DNA of 64,000 bases from Elusimicrobiota bacterium (GTDB lineage: Bacteria > Elusimicrobiota > Elusimicrobia > UBA1565 > UBA9628), in NCBI GenBank assembly GCA_016212795.1, contig JACRDT010000012.1, forward strand, positions 19,975-83,974. Direction: 5' to 3'. The notes beneath the pieces are model-generated. The model ran no database searches, was not told the DNA's origin, and saw only the letters and a list, made by a program, of their open reading frames with translations. The translations under genes were made by a program, and so were the position numbers. Shown one piece after another: positions 56,924-64,000 of this stretch (the stretch's first letter is position 1; every line of letters begins with the position of its first letter).

Positions 56924-58111
56924 TTGGACTTGCTTGCGAGCAGTGTCGCCGTGCCAGACGATGGGGAGTTATCCACCGAACTTTCCCGGGAAAGTCCGGT
57001 GGATAAGTCGCCTGGCCGACAGCTTGTCGTTCCAGGCGCGATCCCCGCGGACCTCTCCGGCTTGGATGATTCGGAGGTTCTCCGGTGGGTCCGAACGTTC
57101 GCGGTTCGAGAGAGGCGCGCGACGGTCGCCTTGCTCGCGGTCCTGGGCGAGGTGGAGCGGCGGGGCCTTCACCTCCGGGAGGGTTATGCATCGCTTTTCA
57201 TGTTCTGCGTGAAGGACTTGCGCCACTCGGAGGGCGCCGCCTACAAGAGGGTCCACGCGGCCCGGGCGGGAAGGCGGTTCCCCGAGATATACTCGCTGCT
57301 TCGCGACGGAGCTCTGTCGCTCAGCGCGGTGGCCATGCTCGAGCCGCATCTGACGCCCGAGAATAAGGACATGCTGCTGACCCGAAGTCAGGGTCTCGGC
57401 AAGAGGCAGCTCGAGATGGTCATCGTCGGCATGGCGCCCCGGCCGGAAACGCGGGATGCCGTGCGGAGGCTGGACGTCGCTGCAGGCGCGACGGCGGCGG
57501 AGCACCCTCGGCTGTCTACGGGCGCGTCCGTTGGGGCGGCTCAGGCGGAACTTGGCGGCGGGAATGGAAGCTCGCTGGAGGGGCTGTCATGCCAGCCTTT
57601 GGGGCTATCAGGTTCCAGCCCGGACCATTCCCTGGCGCGCATCCAGCCGCTTTCTCCGGGTCGGGTCAAGTTCAGCTTCACGGGCAGCTCGGAGCTGCTT
57701 GAAATGGTCGAACGGGCGCGGGACCTGCTCAGGCACAAGCATCCGGAGGGGGGGCTTGCGAACGTCTTTGCGGAACTGGCTCGATTCTACCTGGACAGGA
57801 AAGATCCAAGCCGCAAGGTGCGCGCGGGTCGCGCACGACCGCGGGGGAGGAAGTCCGGTGGGAACGCCCGGCGCATCCCGGAGGCCGTCAAGCGCGAGGC
57901 ATGGACGCGCGACCAGGGGCGCTGCGCGTACGTCTCGCCTTCGGGCCGCAGGTGCGGGGCGGCGGCTTGGCTCGAGTACGATCACATCAGGCCATGGGCG
58001 CTCGGCGGGAGGTCGGATGACGGGGGGAACATCCGGCTTCTATGTCGGGCGCACAATCAGTGGGAGGCGCGAGCGCGATTCGGGGAGGGGCGCTTCAAGA
58101 GGCGGGGGTAG
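56924..58111 (+). CDS. HNH endonuclease with DUF222-like N-terminal domain (probable selfish element)
   Basis: GYASLFMFC...SEGAAYKR, RDQGRC..C...LEYDHIRPWALGG...NIRLLCRAHN. TTG after AAAGGAGG (start uncertain). Atypical codon usage. Confidence 0.85.
   Translation: MDLLASSVAVPDDGELSTELSRESPVDKSPGRQLVVPGAIPADLSGLDDSEVLRWVRTFAVRERRATVALLAVLGEVERRGLHLREGYASLFMFCVKDLRHSEGAAYKRVHAARAGRRFPEIYSLLRDGALSLSAVAMLEPHLTPENKDMLLTRSQGLGKRQLEMVIVGMAPRPETRDAVRRLDVAAGATAAEHPRLSTGASVGAAQAELGGGNGSSLEGLSCQPLGLSGSSPDHSLARIQPLSPGRVKFSFTGSSELLEMVERARDLLRHKHPEGGLANVFAELARFYLDRKDPSRKVRAGRARPRGRKSGGNARRIPEAVKREAWTRDQGRCAYVSPSGRRCGAAAWLEYDHIRPWALGGRSDDGGNIRLLCRAHNQWEARARFGEGRFKRRG
56969..57006. repeat. 38-bp near-perfect inverted repeat
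   Basis: TTATCCACCGAACTTTCCC / GGGAAAGTCCGGTGGATAA, one mismatch. Confidence 0.9.
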
Positions 58112-58226
58112 CCATAGGCCTGTCCCAGCGGGTCCGGGCGGCGGCCGCGGGACTGTCGGCCGCGTGTCTTGATCGGTCTTGACCGGCGGGCTTTTCCGGG
58201 CAGGGCCCAAATGGTACCATGGGCCG

Positions 58227-58964
58227 ATGGCCAGGCCGGGGTTCAGGGCTCAGATGGACGCGCTCATCGGCCGCAACATCGCCATCCATTTCGGGGCGGC
58301 CGGCACCCTGCTCCTCATGGTCGCGCAGGCCCCCATCATCGGCTACTTCATCGGCCTGGGCTGGAAGGGCCAGGAGGCCGTCCCGCAGACCTACTTCATC
58401 ATGTCCGTGGCGGCGCTGTGGATGGGCTGCATGAACGCCTGCACCTCCATCGTGGTCGAGCGGCAGGTCTACCTGAGGGAGCGCATGTTCGACCTGAACA
58501 TCTGGTCCTACCTGTTCTCCAAGATGAGCGTGCTGGCGGTCGTGGGCGGCCTCCAGAGCCTCCTTCTGCTGGCGACGCAGGGCCGCTTCATGCATCTGAA
58601 GAGCTCCGTGCTCGCCCAACTGCTCTTCTTCGTCAGCCTTTCCATGACCGGCCTGGCCGCGGGCGCGTTGGGGCTGCTCATCTCGTCTTTGGCCAGGACG
58701 TCCTACGGGGCCGTGGTGGCGGTGCCCATCGTGCTGCTGCCGCAGGCCATCTTCACCGAGGTCCTGCTGGGGGAGAACGTCAAGAACGCCGTTCCGGCCG
58801 TCATCGAGAAGCTGACCCTCACCAAGTGGTGCTACCAGGCGCTCATGGACGTCCACCAGGGCGTCCATGTCCTCGACCAGGCCAAGAGCCTGGCCGCCCT
58901 CGCCTTGGCCCTCGGGCTGTTCCTCGCCCTGGCGGCCGGCAAGCTCAAGCTGGAGGAGAGTTGA
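58227..58964 (+). CDS. ABC-2 type transporter permease
   Basis: QAPII, LWMGC.NA..SIV.ER.VY.RER, SYLFSK and LLPQAIF. TACCAT 6 nt upstream. Confidence 0.88.
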   Translation: MARPGFRAQMDALIGRNIAIHFGAAGTLLLMVAQAPIIGYFIGLGWKGQEAVPQTYFIMSVAALWMGCMNACTSIVVERQVYLRERMFDLNIWSYLFSKMSVLAVVGGLQSLLLLATQGRFMHLKSSVLAQLLFFVSLSMTGLAAGALGLLISSLARTSYGAVVAVPIVLLPQAIFTEVLLGENVKNAVPAVIEKLTLTKWCYQALMDVHQGVHVLDQAKSLAALALALGLFLALAAGKLKLEES

Positions 58965-59419
58965 TGAAGAGGCTGTTCGCCATCGTCGTCGTGCTGGCCG
59001 CCGGGACCGGGGCCGCCTTCCTCATGTCCGAGGGCTACGTGCCGGGCTGGCCGAGCGACAAGGCGGCCATCAGGCAGAAGTCCGTGCGCTTCCTCGAGTG
59101 CCTGAAGTTCAAGAACTTCGAGGAGGCGGCCGTGTTCCATACGCCGGCCGAGCTCAAGGACCACCCGAACATCCCCAAGCAGCTCGAGAGCTTCTTCAAG
59201 ATCCCGCACGAGAACCTGGACATCCAGGACATCAACATCGACTTCATGGAGTTCGACTCGACCGGAGCTCGCGCCAAGGTCAAGACCACCACGGGCGTCC
59301 ACGTCCTCAACAGCAAGGAGGACCGGCGGGTGGAGGCGATGATCTATTGGAAGAAGGTGGACGGGCAGTGGTTCATGGACCTGCGGACCACGCTTGAGCG
59401 CGGCGCCGGCGGGCTTTGA
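58964..59419 (+). CDS. Membrane-anchored hypothetical protein (possibly NTF2-like)
   Basis: TGATG coupling with the permease, N-terminal hydrophobic helix, C-terminal WKKVDGQWF. Confidence 0.7.
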   Translation: MKRLFAIVVVLAAGTGAAFLMSEGYVPGWPSDKAAIRQKSVRFLECLKFKNFEEAAVFHTPAELKDHPNIPKQLESFFKIPHENLDIQDINIDFMEFDSTGARAKVKTTTGVHVLNSKEDRRVEAMIYWKKVDGQWFMDLRTTLERGAGGL

Positions 59420-59484
59420 GTTTGCGAGCGCAGCGAGCGAACCACCCGCTGTAAGCGCCCTCGAAATGGCCGTTTTGTCCCCAA

Positions 59485-59522
59485 CGCAACGGCCGGTCCC
59501 CCGCAGGGGACCGGCCGTTGCG
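59485..59522. terminator. Strong hairpin between convergent genes
   Basis: CGCAACGGCCGGTCCCC-CGCA-GGGGACCGGCCGTTGCG, 17-bp perfect stem. Confidence 0.75.
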
Positions 59523-59541
59523 CGTGGCCTTCGGCCCCGCG

Positions 59542-60543
59542 CTACAAGCCCTTCCAGAGCGCCTGGCCCTTGAGGGTCGAGAGGACGGACTCGGGCGCTC
59601 CCAGCGACTTGACCGCGGCGCCGGCCACCGGCTTGCCGAGCATGTCCTCCGGCAGGTCCGCGGCGACGGGCGGCTTGTACCAGCACAGGGGCCTGGTCCC
59701 CAGCTTGTCGCCGGCGCTGGCGTTGCAGGTCCCTGGGACCGGGTCCTTGTCGCTGACTTCCTGCGAGAGGGGCTTGTCGCACAGCGAGCCCTGGAAGTAG
59801 GTGTCGAGGCGGCACTGGGTCTTGGGGTGCTTCTCGTACATGGTGGACACCACGGACGGGTCGGGCGTCTCGAACTTGTACTCCTTCTCGTCGTTGCCCA
59901 AGGCCTTGAACAGGGCGGTGACGGACTTGCCCGCCATGGAGCCCCTCAGGCAGAGGGCGCGGTCCTTGCCGCCGGCGAAGGTGTCGTCGCAGTACTTCTC
60001 GGCGTATGGGTCCGCCGCCAGCTTGGGCCGGCTGAACTTGGCGGCGGCGACGTCGGCGAAGACCCGGCGGAGGCACTTGAGGTTGGCGGCGTAATCGGCC
60101 TGGCCCTCGATCGTGGCCCAGGAGCCGAACCAGCCCGACGATTTCGGGGCGCCGCCCAGGTGGTGGGACATCTCGTGGCAGGCCACCAGGGTGAAGCCGT
60201 CCTGCGTGATGGCGGCGTGGCGGGCGAGCCCGCCGAACATCGAGATGATGTACTTGTTGCCCTGCTGCTGGGCGTAGGCGTTGACCGTGCCGTCGTCCCA
60301 CTTGCGCTCGATGCTGAGGACGGCGCCGCGGGCCGCCACGATGGGTTTGTAGATCTTCTCGACGGCGTCGAGCACGGCGTTGAACTGGGACTGGTCGATG
60401 CCTTTGTCGTCCTTGGACCCGGCCAGGATGACCATGTCGTTCTCCGGCAGGAAGCCTGGACAGACGTCGACGGCGGGCTGGCGGACGGCGGCGCCGCCGA
60501 AGACGAGCGCGGCGATCAGGGACATCAGGACGGATCGCGTCAT
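59542..60543 (-). CDS. Exported Cys-rich zincin-like metalloprotease
   Basis: GGAGG RBS, signal peptide, VNAYA, FGGLARH, CHEMSHHLGG, EGQADY and HP..QCRLDT. Confidence 0.8.
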   Translation of the reverse strand: MTRSVLMSLIAALVFGGAAVRQPAVDVCPGFLPENDMVILAGSKDDKGIDQSQFNAVLDAVEKIYKPIVAARGAVLSIERKWDDGTVNAYAQQQGNKYIISMFGGLARHAAITQDGFTLVACHEMSHHLGGAPKSSGWFGSWATIEGQADYAANLKCLRRVFADVAAAKFSRPKLAADPYAEKYCDDTFAGGKDRALCLRGSMAGKSVTALFKALGNDEKEYKFETPDPSVVSTMYEKHPKTQCRLDTYFQGSLCDKPLSQEVSDKDPVPGTCNASAGDKLGTRPLCWYKPPVAADLPEDMLGKPVAGAAVKSLGAPESVLSTLKGQALWKGL

Positions 60544-60563
60544 GGGTGCACCTCCGAGGCTAT

Positions 60564-61844
60564 TCATTTTCCCATCTCCACGAGATAGGCGACGGCGACT
60601 TTGGCGAACTTGAAAGCGTGCAGGGAGTTCCCTCCCGACTGGGCGAGGGTGTCGTTGGCCGTATGGATGTTCGGGTTGTCCTCGTCGAACTTGGCTTCGA
60701 AGGGGAGGGAGGCGCTGTAGCCGTTCCTGGTCCAGGAGGCGTGGTCCGAGCACGCGTAGCCGCACTTGGTCGTCCCGACGCGGTAGTCGGTGTAGGCCGC
60801 GATGAGCTTGCCCAGGAAGGCGTTCTGGGCCTCGCTGACGTTGTCGGCGATCAGGTAGATGTCGTCGGCCGACCCTCTGTAGTTGGTCATGTCGAACTGG
60901 AGGACTCCCTGGACGGCGACGCCGTTCTGCTTGAAGTTGTCGGCGATCTCCCGGGAGCCCCGCAAGCCGGCCTCTTCCGCGGCGTAGGCGATGAACTTGA
61001 CCGTGGACCCGGGCTTGTAGCCGGAGGCCACGATGACCCTCGCGGACTCGGTGAGGACGGCGATCCCCGAGGCGTCGTCGTCCGCGCCGGGCGCGACGTT
61101 GTCGCCGCCCCCCCAGCCGGCGATGGAATCCAGGTGGCCGCCCAGGACCACGACCTTCCCGGGCTCGGCTTTCCCGCGGACCGTCAGGATCACCGACTCC
61201 TGGGCCCAGCCGCCGTGGCGGAAGAGCTCGACCGTGATGTCCGGCCTGCCCTTCGAGAGCTCCTGCCAGTAGTCCCGCAGCCATCGGGCGGAGGCCGCGC
61301 CCGTCTCCGAGCGGTAGTACCGGTTCTTGAACGCGGCAAGGCGTTTGATCGTCTCCGTGATGGCGGCCTCGTCCACGAGCTTGAGCATGGGCACGACGGT
61401 CTCCCGCTGGTCGATCTCGTAGGCCCGAGCCATGGCGAGGGGCGGCTCGGCCATGTCGGCTTTGGCGGCCCGCAGGGTCGGATGCGCGAAGAACCCTCCG
61501 CACTTGCGGAGCCGATGGTGCATGATGTCCGAGAGGGCGTCGAGCTCGGCCACCGTGACCTCGAAGATGGAGACCAGGCTGTTCTGGCTGACGGGGACGC
61601 GCCGGGAGAAGTCGAATTCCCCTTTCAGCGCGGCCACGTCGGCGTTGGAGACGCTGATCCAGACGGCATCGTCGGCGCGCTCCGGCGACGATGCCAGGCG
61701 CCGGCCCGTCATGCCCGCGGCTTCTCGGGCGGTCGCGATGGCGGGGCGGACGTCCACCCCCTGGTCGAACCCGGCGTCGGGCGCGGCCGAAGACGTGGCC
61801 GCGGCCATGAAAGTCAATACGAGGAACGTCCGAAGTCCGCCCAT
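60564..61844 (-). CDS. Exported M28 aminopeptidase (bacterial leucyl aminopeptidase-like)
   Basis: GGHLDS, PGADDDASG, AAEEAGLRGS, QFDM, CGYACSDHASW and IHT..D. Confidence 0.92.
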   Translation of the reverse strand: MGGLRTFLVLTFMAAATSSAAPDAGFDQGVDVRPAIATAREAAGMTGRRLASSPERADDAVWISVSNADVAALKGEFDFSRRVPVSQNSLVSIFEVTVAELDALSDIMHHRLRKCGGFFAHPTLRAAKADMAEPPLAMARAYEIDQRETVVPMLKLVDEAAITETIKRLAAFKNRYYRSETGAASARWLRDYWQELSKGRPDITVELFRHGGWAQESVILTVRGKAEPGKVVVLGGHLDSIAGWGGGDNVAPGADDDASGIAVLTESARVIVASGYKPGSTVKFIAYAAEEAGLRGSREIADNFKQNGVAVQGVLQFDMTNYRGSADDIYLIADNVSEAQNAFLGKLIAAYTDYRVGTTKCGYACSDHASWTRNGYSASLPFEAKFDEDNPNIHTANDTLAQSGGNSLHAFKFAKVAVAYLVEMGK

Positions 61845-61879
61845 AACCACCCCCAACCCCAGCGGTTTAGGCCCCGGCG

Positions 61880-61925
61880 GGACCATTGGGCCTATTATAG
61901 CATAGGACCAATGGCCCCCTGTCAA
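61880..61925 (-). promoter_or_regulatory. Promoter with overlapping inverted repeat upstream of the aminopeptidase
   Basis: Minus strand TTGACA-N20-TATAAT (TGn-extended). CCATTGGTCCTAT-N6-ATAGGCCCAATGG brackets the -10. Confidence 0.65.
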
Positions 61926-61967
61926 GGAAAATCTGCGGCCCTGCGGTTGCGCGGGGCGGGAGGGCGG

Positions 61968-62765
61968 TCAGGCGGCCGGCGGGGGCTGCTCGGGGGCCTT
62001 GAGGGCCTTGAGCGCCAACGCCAGGTAGATGCCGACGACGACCAGCGCGATGACCGCGAAGTACGGCGGCACCGAGGGCGTGAAGAGGACGACGGTCTGG
62101 AGCGCGATGACCAGGGTCTGGGCGTAGAGCGTGACGCCCAGGAGGGAGGCGTAGGATACGTTGGCGTCGAAGGCGGCGTTGAGCATGAGCCCGACCAGCG
62201 AGTAGAACAGGGTCGCGCCGACCTTCCAGCAGACGAACGCGAAGGGCGTGACGAACAGCAGGGAGACGTAGACGATGATCGGCACGATCCGCCCGAATTC
62301 CCGGTAGGTGTTGGCGTCGACCGTGACGGGCTTGGCGCTCGGCGTCTTGGAGAGGTCGTTGACCTCGATCTTGCCGGGCTGGCGCATGAGGTAGACGGCG
62401 TTGCTCGTGAGGTAGACCTGGACCTTGTTCTCCTCCATGATGGCGGGGGTGACAGGGTCGACGCGCGTCGTATCGATGAGCATCCCGACGTCGGGGAGCT
62501 TGGGGTAGCGCAGGGTGATCGGCGACGGGGACGGGCTGGTGACCTTGCCGTCGGCGAAGGTCAGCTGGGGGACGTTCTGGGCGAGCCAATCCGTGACCTC
62601 GACGATGGCCGGGGCCAGGCGCACCTTTGCGGCCAGGACCATGGCCAGGGTGAAGATGGCCGAGAGATAAAGAAGGTATAGGAAGGACCTCTTCAAGGAC
62701 TGCTGGGCGACCTTCCGATAGAACTTGATGCTCGTGATGCCGTTGATGGGGTCGAGGATGAACAT
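61968..62765 (-). CDS. DUF1189-like membrane protein
   Basis: FY..VAQQSLKRSFLYL start, one TM, soluble loop, then several TMs. TATCAT 8 nt upstream. Confidence 0.7.
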   Translation of the reverse strand: MFILDPINGITSIKFYRKVAQQSLKRSFLYLLYLSAIFTLAMVLAAKVRLAPAIVEVTDWLAQNVPQLTFADGKVTSPSPSPITLRYPKLPDVGMLIDTTRVDPVTPAIMEENKVQVYLTSNAVYLMRQPGKIEVNDLSKTPSAKPVTVDANTYREFGRIVPIIVYVSLLFVTPFAFVCWKVGATLFYSLVGLMLNAAFDANVSYASLLGVTLYAQTLVIALQTVVLFTPSVPPYFAVIALVVVGIYLALALKALKAPEQPPPAA

Positions 62766-62907
62766 GATGGGGGAATGATACAAAAAAAACCCACGGGTTG
62801 CCGTGGCCGTGCGGCGGCTGCGGCGTGGGGCGTAGGCCCTTGGGCCCGGCTCGAGGTAGGGCTTAGGCCTCTGGATGGAGGGCTCGGAATCTGGCATCTA
62901 TATAGGA

Positions 62908-64000
62908 ATGCTATCGCCCTCGATCCTCCTCGCCTGCCTCGCCGCCCTGGGTCCCGCCGTCGGAGCCGTGCCGACGCAGGAGGCTTGGTCGGCCGAGAGG
63001 CTCGACTCCCTCTTCGACGGGGCGCTGGCCGCGGCCGGCACGCCGCTGCCGGTCCCGGCGCAGGCCGCGGGCGTCTCCCCGGGCGCCGCGCCGGACCAGG
63101 CGGCCGCCGCCCCGGACTCGGACCCGGGCAAGGTCTCGCCGGTCAAGGGCGTCTCCAGCACGGGCCGGGTGAACCTCTCCGGCCCGGACGAGGACGCCGG
63201 CAAGAGCCCGGTCTCGCCCATGGGGCTGAGGCCCCCGGTCGATGAGATCCCGAACAGCGATTGGCGGACCGTGGGCCACATCGAGGACGCCATCGCCGAC
63301 CAGAACCCCTCGTCGCGCGAGAAGCAGGACTTCTGGGACAAGCTGCGCAACCAGGCCTTCTGGCATGACGTGGGCGACCAGCTCTGCCAGCAAGCCAAGA
63401 TCCCGCTCGATTACGCGCTCAAGGTCGGTGACCATCTCAGCGGCAAGCCCGGCTTCCAGCGGTCCTTGCGCACGGGCGTGGACGGGAAGATCGTGCTGGT
63501 GGACCGCGCGGAGCTGCGCTTGAGCCTGGGGGGCTCCCTGAAGGCCACGGAGCTGGCGGGCTCGCCCGTGTCGGTGTCCGCGGGGGTCGACATCATCGGC
63601 ATGTCCATGGTGGCGCGGACCCTGAAGGGCGCGAAGGCCTGCCGCGAGCTCGACGAGCTCGTCGATTTTCGGACGATCAAGATGGTCTACCCGCTGGAGG
63701 CGGACCGGTTCGAGAAGATGGAGGTGGGCGAGCTCTGGTCCATGCCCCTGGTGATGAGGGCCAGTTTCGGGGCGGGCGTCGGGTACCCGGTCGCGGGCGT
63801 GACGCCGGTGACGGTCTCGTTCGGCTACTCCCGCGAGGGCGGGGTGAACGTGACCCTCAGGCGCCTGGACAAGGACTCCCTGCGCGTGCGCATCCGCATC
63901 GACTACGCCAGGGTCCACGGGCCGGGCGTCGGGCTGGACTACACCGTCACGGGGACGCATTGGTACGAGGAGTACCGGGTCCTCGGCCGCGACCTGGCGA
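62908..64000 (+). CDS. Exported hypothetical protein, 3'-truncated by window edge
   Basis: MLSPSILLACLAALGPAVGA signal peptide, strong GC3 codon bias, no stop to the window end (hence absent from the ORF track). Confidence 0.75.
   Translation, partial: MLSPSILLACLAALGPAVGAVPTQEAWSAERLDSLFDGALAAAGTPLPVPAQAAGVSPGAAPDQAAAAPDSDPGKVSPVKGVSSTGRVNLSGPDEDAGKSPVSPMGLRPPVDEIPNSDWRTVGHIEDAIADQNPSSREKQDFWDKLRNQAFWHDVGDQLCQQAKIPLDYALKVGDHLSGKPGFQRSLRTGVDGKIVLVDRAELRLSLGGSLKATELAGSPVSVSAGVDIIGMSMVARTLKGAKACRELDELVDFRTIKMVYPLEADRFEKMEVGELWSMPLVMRASFGAGVGYPVAGVTPVTVSFGYSREGGVNVTLRRLDKDSLRVRIRIDYARVHGPGVGLDYTVTGTHWYEEYRVLGRDLA

Noticed and set aside
56969..57006. DnaA-box pair as a replication origin
   Set aside because: Only two imperfect boxes, no AT-rich unwinding element and no dnaA/dnaN context.
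56745..57191. 149-aa N-terminal extension of the TPR kinase in the ORF track
   Set aside because: It overlaps the HNH gene. The signal peptide begins at 56744 and a TATAAT lies at 56767-56772 on the minus strand.
59542..61503. 653-aa ORF as one protein (similarly 18751-20079, 30856-32685, 32142-33704, 4445-5962)
   Set aside because: The upstream parts are off-frame overlaps of neighbouring genes. Real starts are at 60543, 19392, 31807, 32682 and 5102.

Overview
A very GC-rich bacterial chromosomal window with about 50 tightly packed genes. The combination of SpoVG, PorV/PorQ-family barrel, FlgD-Ig-tailed secreted proteins, many TPR proteins and a DUF222-like HNH protein suggests a diderm, possibly Elusimicrobiota-like, organism (inference only). 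The left part is housekeeping: rpsA (partial), glgA, TPR/LolB-like, ispE, spoVG, tRNA-Gln(UUG), glmU, prs, rplY, pth, pmbA, Trm112-like. The rest is accessory: exported TldD/TldE-like pair, Sel1 and C39 lipoproteins, cNMP/AAA/4Fe-4S membrane protein, an XRE gene with duplicated palindromic operators, caspase-FGE protein, eukaryote-type AdoMetDC plus speE, PLD, a large multidomain glycosidase-like protein beside a PorV-like barrel, two Ser/Thr kinases, pta, an HNH element, ABC exporter parts and secreted peptidases. I found no CRISPR array, reverse transcriptase, integrase or transposase. The best candidate for an undescribed system is the three-gene operon at 43180-46535: a membrane-anchored stand-alone ClpB-D2-type AAA+ ATPase, a membrane-anchored beta-helix protein and a soluble ClpB-D2-type AAA+ ATPase, preceded by a coupled 10-aa leader ORF. 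Also notable are a dispersed ~50-bp palindromic repeat family that contributes gene starts and stops, the duplicated operator/hairpin unit at 27.2-27.85 kb, and the structured 5' region of the HNH gene. All calls come from motif reading by eye, with no database searches.
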